From a bacterium (GTDB taxonomy: Bacteria; Patescibacteriota; Minisyncoccia; Phycocordibacterales; Phycocordibacteraceae), in assembly GCA_021778295.1 (NCBI GenBank), contig JAJYCP010000001.1, forward strand, positions 66,513 to 130,512: 64,000 nt of DNA, read 5' to 3'. Positions 42,314-53,209 of the stretch are shown here, piece after piece. Numbering within the stretch: the first letter of the stretch is position 1; each line of letters starts with the position of its first letter. Under the pieces are notes generated by a model, which saw nothing but the letters and a program-made list of their open reading frames with translations, was not told where the DNA came from and ran no database searches. The position numbers and the translations under genes are program-made.

Positions 42314-43765
42314 ATGACTTTGCTTGAAACGGTGCGCGCCGAAAGGATCGCAAAAATAGGCCGCCTTAAGGCGGCAGGTATGGATGCGTATCCGGCTCGC
42401 ACGCTCCGCTCGCATGCGATACAGCAGTTTCTCGGGCAGCACGGAACTCTGGAGAAGAATGGCGAGCAGGTTACGCTTGCTGGGCGCGTGCTCTCAATGC
42501 GCGAGCACGGAGGGTCGCTCTTCATTGATCTTTTTGACGGAACAAAAGGGCAGTGTTACGTACAGCGCGATAAGCTCGGGGATTCTGCCTACGACCTTTT
42601 CGGTGGTACGGTCGATATTGGCGACATAATCGAGTGCACGGGAGTTGCATTCACGACAAAACGCGGCATGCCGTCGTTGGACGCGACCGGATGGCGCATG
42701 CTCGCGAAATCGCTTCGGCCTCTGCCGGACGAGTGGTACGGCATCAAGGACGAAGATGAGCGCTATCGAAAACGCTATCTCGATATTTTGCTTTCGAAAG
42801 ATTTGGCAGACCGCTTCCGCCGGCGTTCCGCGTTCTGGAATACCATCCGTTCGTACCTTCTCGAGAAGGATTTTATCGAAGTGGAAACGCCGGTGCTCGA
42901 AACGACGACCGGCGGCGCTGAAGCGCGTCCGTTTGTCACGCACCACAATGCACTCGCTCTGGACGCGTACTTGCGCATTTCGGTCGGCGAACTGTGGCAG
43001 AAACGGCTCATGGTTGCCGGCCTTCCGAAGACCTTCGAGATAGGTCGCGTGTTCCGCAATGAAGGCATGTCGGCCGAACACGCTCAGGATTACACCGCGG
43101 TCGAGTTCTATGAAGCATTCAAAGACTATGAAGCGGGTATGGCCATGATCGTTGATCTGTATCGCACCATTGCCGATACGGTGTACGGCACGCAGGTTTT
43201 TTCGATCAAGGATTTTACTATCGATTTAAGCAAGGAATGGGAGAAATATGATTTCTGCGCGCTCCTGCAGAAAGAATACGGCCTCGACCCGCTCGATGAA
43301 GATGCGGACTGGGCGCCGGTTCTTACGCAGAGAAATATTTCATTTGAGAGTGGCGCCGAGAGAGGGCGTTTGGTTGATACCGCATGGAAGCAGATCCGGA
43401 GGACTCTCGCGGGGCCCGGATTTCTTGTAAACGTACCGGTCTATATGGAGCCGCTCGCGAAAAGGAGCTCGAAAGACTCGCGCGTCGTTGAGCGTTTCCA
43501 GGTCGTGCTTGCCGGAAGCGAGAACGGCAAGGGTTTCAGCGAATTAAACGATCCGATCGATCAGGCGGAACGTTTTGCGCGCCAGCAGAGACTGCGCGAA
43601 GCGGGAGATGAGGAGGCGCAAATGCCGGATGCCGAATTCGTCGAGGCCCTCGAATACGGTATGCCGCCGGCATTCGGCTTCGGCGTATCCGAACGCCTCT
43701 TCAGTTTCCTCGAAGGGGTGTCAATACGGGAAGGGCAGCTTTTCCCCCTTTTGCGGCCCCGATAA
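42314..43765 (+). CDS. lysS: Lysine--tRNA ligase (class II).
   Basis: OB-fold N-terminal domain. Class II motifs FEIGRVFRNEG and GFGVSERL. TATAGT sits 7 nt before ATG 42314. Confidence 0.9.
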   Translation: MTLLETVRAERIAKIGRLKAAGMDAYPARTLRSHAIQQFLGQHGTLEKNGEQVTLAGRVLSMREHGGSLFIDLFDGTKGQCYVQRDKLGDSAYDLFGGTVDIGDIIECTGVAFTTKRGMPSLDATGWRMLAKSLRPLPDEWYGIKDEDERYRKRYLDILLSKDLADRFRRRSAFWNTIRSYLLEKDFIEVETPVLETTTGGAEARPFVTHHNALALDAYLRISVGELWQKRLMVAGLPKTFEIGRVFRNEGMSAEHAQDYTAVEFYEAFKDYEAGMAMIVDLYRTIADTVYGTQVFSIKDFTIDLSKEWEKYDFCALLQKEYGLDPLDEDADWAPVLTQRNISFESGAERGRLVDTAWKQIRRTLAGPGFLVNVPVYMEPLAKRSSKDSRVVERFQVVLAGSENGKGFSELNDPIDQAERFARQQRLREAGDEEAQMPDAEFVEALEYGMPPAFGFGVSERLFSFLEGVSIREGQLFPLLRPR

Positions 43766-43786
43766 CAAGCGATTCTCTCATTGCGA

Positions 43787-43812
43787 CGCGGGCTTTGCCC
43801 GCGCCATTTTTG
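43787..43812 (+). terminator. Terminator after lysS.
   Basis: CGCGGG-ctttg-CCCGCG followed by CCATTTTTG. Confidence 0.45.
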
Positions 43813-43859
43813 CATAAAAGCGAGACTTGACCTCCAGGGTCGTTGCGCGGCGATGTGGG

Positions 43860-43900
43860 GATAACTCAAATATGAGAAGTGGGGGAAAGTGGTATATAAT
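43860..43900 (+). promoter_or_regulatory. Putative mraZ/dcw promoter.
   Basis: Strong -10 element GGTATATAAT ending near 43900, about 70 nt upstream of mraZ. Confidence 0.4.
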
Positions 43901-43971
43901 CCAGTAATGGTTAGCAGAGTGGGAAACGGGAGTGGTGGCCTTTTTCTCTCTCGCGCAGCCTGACCCGCACT

Positions 43972-44406
43972 ATGTTTCTCGGAGAATACCTACATACTTT
44001 CGATTCCAAGAATAGGATTTCGATCCCTTCGAAATTCCGAAAGGATTTGGGCCGCGTCGTCGTCGTGACGCGCGGCCTCGATCATTGTCTGTACGTCTAT
44101 TCCCGAAAGGCATGGGAGAAAGAGGCGCGGACGTATGCGGAGGCGGTGAATGGAAGCGCGGCGCGCCGCGGCCTCGCGCGTCTTTTCCTCGCCGGTTCTT
44201 CCGAAGCTGAGGTCGATAAGTCGGGCCGCGTGCTGATCCCCGAACACCTGAAATCATTCGCGTCCATACGGGAGATGGCAGTCATCGCCGGCGTTGCCGA
44301 CCGGGTCGAGATCTGGGAAGAGGGCGCGTGGAAAAAATACACGGCCGCTATTGAACGAGATGCCGATGCTTTTGCGGAAACGCTTGGCGCGGGTGTTCGA
44401 AACTGA
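43972..44406 (+). CDS. mraZ: Transcriptional regulator MraZ.
   Basis: MFLGEYLHTFDSKNRISIPSKFRKDL plus a second MraZ repeat. Confidence 0.85.
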   Translation: MFLGEYLHTFDSKNRISIPSKFRKDLGRVVVVTRGLDHCLYVYSRKAWEKEARTYAEAVNGSAARRGLARLFLAGSSEAEVDKSGRVLIPEHLKSFASIREMAVIAGVADRVEIWEEGAWKKYTAAIERDADAFAETLGAGVRN

Positions 44407-44407
44407 T

Positions 44408-45353
<946 letters not shown>

Positions 45354-45364
<11 letters not shown>

Positions 45365-45698
45365 TACGATCGCACACAAGCATCCTCTTCACGCGCGCCG
45401 CGCCGCTCGAGCGTTTCATTTCCATCTCCCGTTTTCTCCCGTATCGCTTTGTTTCGGGACGGTTGCGGTCCTTGCCATCACTTATATCGGTCTCATCGCG
45501 GTCGTCATGAGCTATGCGGTGCTCACCGTTGAATTTTCCCAATCGGTCAGAAATGACGAGGCAACGGTTGCCACGCTTGAGTCGCAGTATCTCGCGGCCG
45601 TTGCGCAGATTACGGATACGAACTACGTTGCAGCGGGTTACGCGAAGCCGATCGCGAAAATCTTCGTACCGACGCAGAGTGCGACCGCGTTGCGCTAG
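45354..45698 (+). CDS. ftsL: FtsL-like cell-division protein (single TM).
   Basis: Sits between rsmH and ftsI. TM VAVLAITYIGLIAVVM followed by a short coiled coil. Confidence 0.45.
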
Positions 45699-45704
45699 TA
45701 CGTC

Positions 45705-47456
45705 ATGCGAGCACAGTTCCGTATTCGCATTCGCATTGTCCTCGCTTTTGTCGTTTTCATCGCTTTTCTCATACTCGCGCGTCTTTATTTCATTCAGATA
45801 CTGCAAGGGCAGGATTATGCGCAAAAAGCAGACCAGCAATTCGCTTCAAACAGTAGCGGGCTTTTCGATAGAGGCTCGATCTATTTTACACGCAAGGACG
45901 GCACGCTCATTTCCGCGGCAACGCTCGCAAGCGGTTATCTCGTGGCGATAAATCCGCAAACGCTCGTCGATCCTGAAGCCGCCTATGCCGCAATAACTTC
46001 CGTCGCCTCGTCATCGCTTACTCATGCGGCATTTCTTGCCGCCGCCGCAAGGAAGACTCAGGTCTACATTGAAGTCGCGCAGCATCTTTCGGATGCGGAA
46101 GGGACGGCGCTCACCGCCATGGGAATTCCCGGCGTACAGGTACTGCGCGAACGCTGGCGTTACTACCCCGGCAATACGCTTGCCGCGCAGACCATTGGCA
46201 TCGTTTCGTACGGTTCCGGGGCCACCCTTACCGGCCAAACCGGTCTCGAGGCGACCTATGACAGCACGCTCTCACGTTCAGGGGATGTATTGTATAAAAA
46301 CTTTTTTGCCGAACTTTTCTCGAACGTCGGCCGGCTACTGGTAAATACGCAAGACGCGCACCAGGGCGATATCGTAACAACGATCGAACCGGAGGTGGAG
46401 ATGCGACTCGCCGCCGATCTCGCAAAAGTGAACACGAAGTATTCGAGCATAGGTTCCGGCGGCATCATCATGGATACGAAAACCGGCGCCATACTGGCGC
46501 TCGCAAGCTACCCGACTTTTAATGAGAACGATCTCCAGAACATCAATCCGCAAATCCTCAGCAATCCGTTAGTTGAGCACGTCTTTGAATACGGTTCGAT
46601 TATGAAGCCAATAACGATGGCCTCGGCGCTTACTGCCGGCGTCGTAACGCCGCAGACGACGTATAACGACACCGGCTGTATTCACGTCGATGGAAATCGC
46701 ATTTGCAATTGGAATTACAGATCGCACGGAGCGTATGGCATCATCCCCATGCAAACGATCATCGAACAGTCGCTCAATGTGGGCGCTTCGTGGGTAGCGG
46801 AGCAGCTCGGCCAAGAAAAATTTAGAGCATATTTCACGAAAATCTTCGGACAAAAGACCGGTATCGATCTCCCGAATGAGACCGATGCACTCATTGGGAA
46901 CCTTTATAAACCTCAGCAGATTTATTACGACACGGCTGCATTCGGAGAAGGGATTGCGGTGACGCCGATACAAATGATCCGCGCACTCGGCGCAATCGCC
47001 AATCATGGCGTGATGGTGAACCCGCACCTTGTGAGTGCGATACGGCTCAATTCAGGCGTCGTTCAACAGTTGAACTGGGGTCAGGGCACTCGGATTTTTT
47101 CCGCCGCGGCCGCGCGTGAGACAACCGTCATGATGGATGCGCTTTGGGACAAGGCGCTCATCGTCGATGGCGTATCAGCGCGGATCCCGACTATGTCCGT
47201 TGCGGCAAAAACCGGTACGGCGCAATTGCCGACACCCACCGGCGGGTATTATAACGATAAGTTTTTTAACTCCGAGGTTGCTTTTTTCCCGTCGTTTGAT
47301 CCGCGGTTCATCATTCTCCTCTACACCGATGATCCCCAGCACGTCATCTATGCGGAGCAATCGCTCTCAACGTCGCTGCTTGACCTCGTGCATTTTCTTA
47401 TAAATTATTATAACGTGCCACCTGATCGCGGCTTTGCGACCACGACATCTTCATGA
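45705..47456 (+). CDS. ftsI: Penicillin-binding protein FtsI-like (class B transpeptidase).
   Basis: SxxK SIMKPIT, SxN SLN, KTG AKTGTAQ. N-terminal TM. Confidence 0.8.
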   Translation: MRAQFRIRIRIVLAFVVFIAFLILARLYFIQILQGQDYAQKADQQFASNSSGLFDRGSIYFTRKDGTLISAATLASGYLVAINPQTLVDPEAAYAAITSVASSSLTHAAFLAAAARKTQVYIEVAQHLSDAEGTALTAMGIPGVQVLRERWRYYPGNTLAAQTIGIVSYGSGATLTGQTGLEATYDSTLSRSGDVLYKNFFAELFSNVGRLLVNTQDAHQGDIVTTIEPEVEMRLAADLAKVNTKYSSIGSGGIIMDTKTGAILALASYPTFNENDLQNINPQILSNPLVEHVFEYGSIMKPITMASALTAGVVTPQTTYNDTGCIHVDGNRICNWNYRSHGAYGIIPMQTIIEQSLNVGASWVAEQLGQEKFRAYFTKIFGQKTGIDLPNETDALIGNLYKPQQIYYDTAAFGEGIAVTPIQMIRALGAIANHGVMVNPHLVSAIRLNSGVVQQLNWGQGTRIFSAAAARETTVMMDALWDKALIVDGVSARIPTMSVAAKTGTAQLPTPTGGYYNDKFFNSEVAFFPSFDPRFIILLYTDDPQHVIYAEQSLSTSLLDLVHFLINYYNVPPDRGFATTTSS

Positions 47457-48727
47457 AAAATTTCTTAAAATCAATCGTTGCGATCGTACTCTGGCTTTTC
47501 GCACGCGCCGTGGTGCGCCGCTACCGGCCGCATATCGTAATGGTTACCGGCTCGGTGGGGAAGACGTCGACGAAAGACGCCGTTGCGGCGGTCCTCGCCG
47601 CGCGCTTTTTTGTCCGCAAGAGCGAAAAGAGTTTCAATAGCGAATTCGGCGTTCCATTCACCATTCTCGGGGTAGGGAACCCATGGGGTAATCCTCTGGC
47701 GTGGATAGCGCTTGTGAAGAGCGCTATCGCGCTTCTCATTTTGCCGAATCATTACCCGAACATGCTTGTACTTGAAACGGGCGCGGACCGGTCCGGCGAT
47801 CTCGCCCGAATATTGCGTATCGCAACGCCGGACACGGTCGTGGTAACGCGCCTACCCGAGATACCGGTGCACGTCGAGGCGTATGCTTCGCCCGAAGCCG
47901 TTCGAGAAGAAGAGTTTTCTCCCGCATACGCGCTCCCTCCCACGGCGCCGCTCATCATCCCAGCCGATGATCCCTATGCACCCGATATGGCGATGCGCAC
48001 CCAGGCGCACGTCATCTCCTACGGCGTCGCGGATGATGCCGCCGTGCGCATCAGCAACGCTGATTTCTATGAATATGAAGGAAATGTCGTCGGCATGCGC
48101 GCGGACGTCTTCGTGGGAGACGAACAGGGCAGCCTGTGCGTACGCGGCTCAGTCGGAAAAACACAGCTTCTTCCGGCCGCCGCCGCGCTCGCGGTCGCGC
48201 GCGCATTCCTCATCCCGCTTCCAGAGGCATTAGGAGCACTTGAGAACTACGAACCCCCACCGGGCCGCGGTCGGCTTCTTGCGGGGAAAAACAATTCCAT
48301 CATCATCGATGATTCCTACAACGCATCACCAGCGGCGGTTGAGGAAGCGCTCGCTACCTTGAGAGCGTTTCCGCGTGCGCGCCGACGCATCGCTGTGCTC
48401 GGCGACATGCTTGAACTCGGACGCTATTCGGTGATGGAACACGAACATATCGGCACAGTGGCGGATGCCGCAGCCGACCTGATCGTTGCAGTGGGTATTC
48501 GCGCTCGCGCGTTCGCGCACGCTTCCGGAGATTCGAACGTATTATCATTTGATAACTCCCGCGCCGCCTCGCTTGCTCTTGCTGATATCGTACGCGCCGG
48601 CGATGTCATTCTCGTAAAAGGTTCTCAATCCATCCGCACCGAACGAATCGTAGAGGCGCTTCTCGCCAATTCCGCTGATGCCTCACGTCTCGTCCGTCAG
48701 GAGAAAAAATGGAAACAAAAAGCATAA
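47453..48727 (+). CDS. murF: UDP-N-acetylmuramoyl-tripeptide--D-alanyl-D-alanine ligase.
   Basis: Mur ligase P-loop VTGSVGKTSTKD, DDSYNASP motif. ATGA overlap with ftsI. Confidence 0.75.
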   Translation: MKNFLKSIVAIVLWLFARAVVRRYRPHIVMVTGSVGKTSTKDAVAAVLAARFFVRKSEKSFNSEFGVPFTILGVGNPWGNPLAWIALVKSAIALLILPNHYPNMLVLETGADRSGDLARILRIATPDTVVVTRLPEIPVHVEAYASPEAVREEEFSPAYALPPTAPLIIPADDPYAPDMAMRTQAHVISYGVADDAAVRISNADFYEYEGNVVGMRADVFVGDEQGSLCVRGSVGKTQLLPAAAALAVARAFLIPLPEALGALENYEPPPGRGRLLAGKNNSIIIDDSYNASPAAVEEALATLRAFPRARRRIAVLGDMLELGRYSVMEHEHIGTVADAAADLIVAVGIRARAFAHASGDSNVLSFDNSRAASLALADIVRAGDVILVKGSQSIRTERIVEALLANSADASRLVRQEKKWKQKA

Positions 48728-48766
48728 TCCGTTTACGGGCAGGTATCCTATTTTATGCGAAGTGTG

Positions 48767-48838
48767 TGACCCTACAGAGAATCGAACTCTGATTTGATCC
48801 TTGAGAAGGATCCGTCCTAGCCGTTAGACGATAGGGCC
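48767..48838 (-). tRNA. tRNA-Glu (anticodon CTC).
   Basis: Hand-folded: acceptor GGCCCTA/TAGGGTC (G-U at 2-71), 3-bp D-stem GTC/GAC typical of tRNA-Glu, anticodon arm GATCC-TTCTCAA-GGATC, T-arm CAGAG-TTCGATT-CTCTG, discriminator A. No encoded CCA. Confidence 0.8.
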
Positions 48839-48941
48839 CAGGTGCACGATCGTTACAGAGTGTGCCTGTATGTGTTTTATAACAAAAAAAGACAGGGGAG
48901 GAAAGTATGAAGATGCGCGAGCGGTTTTAGCCGTTCGCGCA

Positions 48942-49229
48942 TCAGTGCCGTGCATGTGGATCAGGCGGGAGGATGTCACCCTCTTCCGATTCGGTATACA
49001 AGTCCGCAGTCTCAACGGCGACTTTCTTTGCATCTTCTGTAAGTATCTCCGCCCGCAACGCGTTCTCTTGCTCCTGCTGTTCCCGTTTGAGGCGGTTTGA
49101 TTCTGCTGCCGCCTTGCCGCCCTTGCGGGACATGTTCCGGTGTCGTTGTATGGCATCGGGGTTGTCTCTCGCCGCTTCCTGTATAAGTCTCCGTACCGCT
49201 GACGGTCTTCCTTCTGCTGGATTTTTCAT
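48942..49229 (-). CDS. Hypothetical charged protein (95 aa).
   Basis: ATG at 49229. Lys/Arg/Glu-rich. No recognisable domain. Confidence 0.35.
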   Translation of the reverse strand: MKNPAEGRPSAVRRLIQEAARDNPDAIQRHRNMSRKGGKAAAESNRLKREQQEQENALRAEILTEDAKKVAVETADLYTESEEGDILPPDPHARH

Positions 49230-49275
49230 ACGGGTTCTCTGCGTTTAAGTCCGTCTCCATTACACACTAATTCTG

Positions 49276-49731
49276 CTAAGAAAGCAAGCTATCCACAACG
49301 GCTTTCACTTCGCTGCCCTCGGCCTTGCCCTTAAGTTCTTTCATGAGAGCGCCGGTGAATGCACCCGCATCGGCTTTCGACGTGACGCCACGCTCTGCCA
49401 TTTTTGCCCGTGCGAACGCCGTAATCTCTTCGCGACTCATCTGGACGGGAAGATAGGTTTCAAGCAGGGCGAGCTCGGCTTTTTCCGGTTCAGCAAGATC
49501 GGTACGTCCTGCGTTCTCGAATTGCTCGATAGAGTCTTTACGCTGGTTTGCCGCGCGCTTGATGACGACGATCGCTTCTTCATCGGTCAGGACTTCTTCG
49601 GGTTTGCGTTTTTTGGCGACCACTTCATTGGTCATCGCGGTAACAAGCGAACGAAGCGTCCTCAGGCGCACTTCGTCCCGGGCGCGAAGCGCTTCGGGAA
49701 TCGACTGTTTTAAATTTTCGTGGATAGTCAT
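49276..49731 (-). CDS. GatB/YqeY-domain protein.
   Basis: 151 aa. Family pattern ...LRARDEVRLRTLRSLVTAM...EEAIVVIKRAANQRKDSIEQF.... ATG at 49731. Confidence 0.75.
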   Translation of the reverse strand: MTIHENLKQSIPEALRARDEVRLRTLRSLVTAMTNEVVAKKRKPEEVLTDEEAIVVIKRAANQRKDSIEQFENAGRTDLAEPEKAELALLETYLPVQMSREEITAFARAKMAERGVTSKADAGAFTGALMKELKGKAEGSEVKAVVDSLLS

Positions 49732-49752
49732 ACGGCAGAGTATACTATACGC

Positions 49753-50811
49753 ATGAATCCGCTTGCGATAGCCCTCGCCGTCCTCGCTCTGCTGTTTATG
49801 CAGGGCATCGGCCTGTATGTGATACTGCGCCGCCGCGAGTCCCCGCAGGATGCGGGCGGCATGGTGCTTCTCCAGCAACAGATGCAGGAGCTTGCGCGTA
49901 CCCTCGATGCGCGCGTTTCGGAATCTTCGAGAGCTATGCAGGAGAATTCCCACCGCCAATTCTCCGAGTCCGCGCGGCTCATCAAAGAAATTACTCAGGA
50001 AGTAACTTCCGTGAAAGAAATCGGCCGGCAGACGCAGGGGTTCGCCGAACAACTGCAGAATCTCCAGGACATCCTGAAGAACCCGAAACAGCGCGGCATC
50101 CTCGGCGAGTACTACCTCGAGACCGTACTGAAGAACGTCTTGCCGCCCGGCATGTACCGGATGCAATACCCGTTCAAAAATGGCGAGATCGTCGATGCGG
50201 CGGTTTTCGTGAACGATAAGATTGTCCCCATTGACTCCAAGTTCTCGCTCGACAATTACAATCGCATGGTGCATGCGTCCGAAGCCGAGCGGCCCGTTCT
50301 CGAAAAAGCGTTCATAAACGATCTCAAGCTGCGCATCCAGGAAACCGCAAAATATATCCGTCCGGAAGAAGGGACGATGGATTTCGCCTTCATGTTCATC
50401 CCCTCTGAAGGAATTTACTACGATCTTCTGACCAACCAGGTCGGCGGCGCACAGGGATCAGACGGCGAGGAGAACCTCATTCAGAGAGCGGCAGGCAAGC
50501 ACAAGGTCATCATCGTCTCGCCCACGTCGTTTCTCGCATACCTCCAGACGGTCATGCAAGGCTTAAAGGCGCTTCAGATAGAACAAAAAGCGGTTGAGAT
50601 CGGGCAGCGGGTCGGGGAACTCGGGAAGCACATAGGAGCGTATGAAGAACTCTATCGCAAGCTTGGTACTTCGCTTACAACTTCCATAAACCACTACAAC
50701 AATGGCTATAAAGAGCTTGGGAAGATAGACAAAGACGTCTACCGCATCACCCAAACAAAAGCGGGCATCGAGCCGGAACTTCTTGAAAAGCCGCTCGCAG
50801 GTATTGACTAA
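49753..50811 (+). CDS. rmuC: DNA recombination protein RmuC.
   Basis: N-terminal TM, a long coiled coil, and a C-terminal RmuC nuclease-like domain (IVDAAVFVNDKIVPIDSKF). Confidence 0.75.
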   Translation: MNPLAIALAVLALLFMQGIGLYVILRRRESPQDAGGMVLLQQQMQELARTLDARVSESSRAMQENSHRQFSESARLIKEITQEVTSVKEIGRQTQGFAEQLQNLQDILKNPKQRGILGEYYLETVLKNVLPPGMYRMQYPFKNGEIVDAAVFVNDKIVPIDSKFSLDNYNRMVHASEAERPVLEKAFINDLKLRIQETAKYIRPEEGTMDFAFMFIPSEGIYYDLLTNQVGGAQGSDGEENLIQRAAGKHKVIIVSPTSFLAYLQTVMQGLKALQIEQKAVEIGQRVGELGKHIGAYEELYRKLGTSLTTSINHYNNGYKELGKIDKDVYRITQTKAGIEPELLEKPLAGID

Positions 50812-50886
50812 AATAGCTTCTCATGCTATAAGAGACGAGGAAAGGATCTCGTGGTGAGATCTTTGTCAATCGCGGGAGAACGTGAA

Positions 50887-51312
50887 ATGAATCTGAGTTT
50901 CCACAACATCATTGCCCTCGTCGGGCTTCCAATCCTCGGATTGGTTTGCTTGTGGGTATCCGCTTCGAAAGATCGCGACAAAGAGGAGAGAGTGGCGAGT
51001 TTCGTCATCGCTCTATTTTGTTTCGGAGCCTTCGCGTTCATCTGCGTGTACGCAGGGCACGGGTATGCCCAGGACAGAGTCGAGACCCTTTCGGGCCTAC
51101 TCTCGAATGGACATGCCTACGAAGTCGTCGCGGTCCGCCAGGATGGGAAAGACAAAGTGCTGACCATCATGGGTGAAAAGAAAAGCGCCCGTGGCACCCA
51201 TAACTTCTACATCCTGCGCGTGCAAGGACCGGTGCCGCCAAGGTATTTTCAGATGGACCGCGGGGAACCGGTAGCCTATCTACCCAGTACCCAATCGCAA
51301 TTGACATACTGA
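50887..51312 (+). CDS. Hypothetical membrane protein.
   Basis: SD GGGAG lies 9 nt before ATG 50887. Two TM helices. Terminator follows. Confidence 0.45.
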   Translation: MNLSFHNIIALVGLPILGLVCLWVSASKDRDKEERVASFVIALFCFGAFAFICVYAGHGYAQDRVETLSGLLSNGHAYEVVAVRQDGKDKVLTIMGEKKSARGTHNFYILRVQGPVPPRYFQMDRGEPVAYLPSTQSQLTY

Positions 51313-51326
51313 ATTGCACTGTACTT

Positions 51327-51362
51327 TCAGGCCGCGCTCTCGTAGCGCGGCCTTGTCTTTTA
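51327..51362 (+). terminator. Rho-independent terminator.
   Basis: AGGCCGCGCT-ctcgta-GCGCGGCCT followed by TGTCTTTT. Confidence 0.6.
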
Positions 51363-51390
51363 CGGCCACAAATGCTACAGTGAAAAGACT

Positions 51391-51708
51391 ATGGAAGTGG
51401 CCGTAATCAAGACCGGCGGGAAGCAGTATGTCGTCTCAAAAGGCGACACTATTTCGATAGAAAAGCTCCCGGGAGATTTGAAAAAAGGCGACACAGTTGT
51501 CTTCGGCGAGGTGCTCCTCGTTGACAACGGCTCGGACACGACCATCGGTGCGCCCTTTATCACGGGCGCAGAGGTCAAGGGCACCGTTGTTCTCGCCGGG
51601 AAGGGGAAGAAAGTCGAAGTAGTGAAGTACAAACCGAAGAGCCGCTACTATAAACGCCGCGGACATCGTCAGCCGCTTCTCAAGGTGAAAATCGACTCGA
51701 TTTCTTAA
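51391..51708 (+). CDS. rplU: 50S ribosomal protein L21.
   Basis: MEVAVIKTGGKQYVVSKGDTI...KYKPKSRYYKRRGHRQ. Confidence 0.9.
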   Translation: MEVAVIKTGGKQYVVSKGDTISIEKLPGDLKKGDTVVFGEVLLVDNGSDTTIGAPFITGAEVKGTVVLAGKGKKVEVVKYKPKSRYYKRRGHRQPLLKVKIDSIS

Positions 51709-51755
51709 GCCTCTCATTCCCCGGAGCGAGCTTCTTTGAGAGCTTTCGCTCTCAT

Positions 51756-53102
51756 TTGTCTTATTTATTTGTCCTAGCAAATTACTCTATGCAAGTAGGG
51801 CGTTGGAATCATCAATCGACAGGCGCGCATTCGCCAAGCGGCGGACGCCCATATTCGCCGCGTCCCTCAAGGCGCGACGGGCCGAGCGGCTCTGGGCGTT
51901 TTGACAATCACGGCGGTTCCGGTCGCGGCGGCTACGGTCGTCGTGGCCGTGCTCCGGTGCGGCGCAAGGGTTTCGGCTCTTTCGGCGAGACGGAGTCTGA
52001 AATCTCAAAGTTCATGAATAAAACGGTCGTCACGACCGAAGAGCCGGTGTTCGTCCCCGAACACAAATTCTCAGATTTTGCGGTACATGAAAGGTTGCAG
52101 AAGAACATAGCCGCAAAGGGCTACGATCTCCCGACGCCTATCCAGGATAAAGCCATCCCGCACGCTCTTTTGGGCCAGGATGTCGTCGGTCTTGCAGAAA
52201 CGGGAACCGGGAAGACGGCTGCCTTCCTCATTCCGCTTATCGATAAGGTTATGAGGCAAAAAGGGGAGCGCATTCTCATTATGGCACCCACCCGCGAGCT
52301 TGCGGTGCAGATTGAAAAAGAGCTTGCCGGTTTCGCAAAAGGTCTCGGGTTCCGCGGCATGGTCGCGGTCGGCGGCGCGAATATCGGACCTCAAATCTCG
52401 ATGCTTCGATATGAACCGGCGTTCGTCATCGGTACCCCCGGGCGCTTGAAGGATCTCATGGAACGCCGTGCGCTCGATCTTTCCGGTTTCGGCACGGTTG
52501 TCCTCGACGAAGCGGATCGCATGCTCGATATGGGTTTCATCGACGATATGCGCGCTATCCTCGGGATGATGCGCAAAGAACGCCACACGCTCTTTTTCTC
52601 CGCAACGATGTCGAAAGATATCGAACGGCTTATCGGCGATTTTCTTTCAAGTCCGGTCATCATCTCGGTAAAAAGACGTGATACTCCTTCAAGCGTCGAT
52701 CAAGATGTCGTCCGCATCCCGCGTGGGAAAGACAAGTTCGATGTGCTTGTCGAACTTCTTAAAAATTCCGACTTCAGCCGCGTGCTTGTCTTCGGCCGTA
52801 CCAAGTTCGGCGTGGAGAAGCTCGCCAAGGCGCTCTCGCGCCTCCACATCCACGCGGAGAGCATCCACGGCAATAAGACGCAGGGCGCGCGCCAGAGAGC
52901 ATTGGAGGCCTTCAAGGCAGGGAAGGTGAGCGTGCTCGTCGCGACCGACGTCGCGGCACGCGGCATTGATATCCCTGCCGTCTCGCACGTCATCAACTAC
53001 GACCTTCCGTCCACCTACGAGGACTACGTGCACCGCATCGGCCGCACCGGCCGCGCGGACAAGAAAGGGAAGGCTCTGACCTTCGTCCAGGAGCGCTACT
53101 AA
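51756..53102 (+). CDS. DEAD-box ATP-dependent RNA helicase with an N-terminal Arg/Gly-rich extension.
   Basis: Q-motif PTPIQ, motif I AETGTGKT, DEAD, SAT, HRIGRTGR. The in-frame upstream RGG-rich region spans 51789-52013. Alternative start at ATG 52014. Confidence 0.85.
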   Translation: MSYLFVLANYSMQVGRWNHQSTGAHSPSGGRPYSPRPSRRDGPSGSGRFDNHGGSGRGGYGRRGRAPVRRKGFGSFGETESEISKFMNKTVVTTEEPVFVPEHKFSDFAVHERLQKNIAAKGYDLPTPIQDKAIPHALLGQDVVGLAETGTGKTAAFLIPLIDKVMRQKGERILIMAPTRELAVQIEKELAGFAKGLGFRGMVAVGGANIGPQISMLRYEPAFVIGTPGRLKDLMERRALDLSGFGTVVLDEADRMLDMGFIDDMRAILGMMRKERHTLFFSATMSKDIERLIGDFLSSPVIISVKRRDTPSSVDQDVVRIPRGKDKFDVLVELLKNSDFSRVLVFGRTKFGVEKLAKALSRLHIHAESIHGNKTQGARQRALEAFKAGKVSVLVATDVAARGIDIPAVSHVINYDLPSTYEDYVHRIGRTGRADKKGKALTFVQERY

Positions 53103-53196
53103 AACCCACCTCAAACCCCCGCTCGGGTATGCGACAGGAAGGAGTACGCCGTCTTTTTCTGCCGCATACGCCTCGCGGGGAAATGTGGGTTTGAGA
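53103..53196. repeat. MITE/REP-like element, copy C (short, internally deleted form).
   Basis: AACCCACCTCAAACCCCCGCTCGGGTATGCGACAG...CTGCCGCATACGCCTCGCGGGGAAATGTGGGTTTGAG. It is copy B with the middle removed. Begins right after the helicase stop. Confidence 0.7.
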
Positions 53197-53209
53197 TGAG
53201 TTCTAGTCT

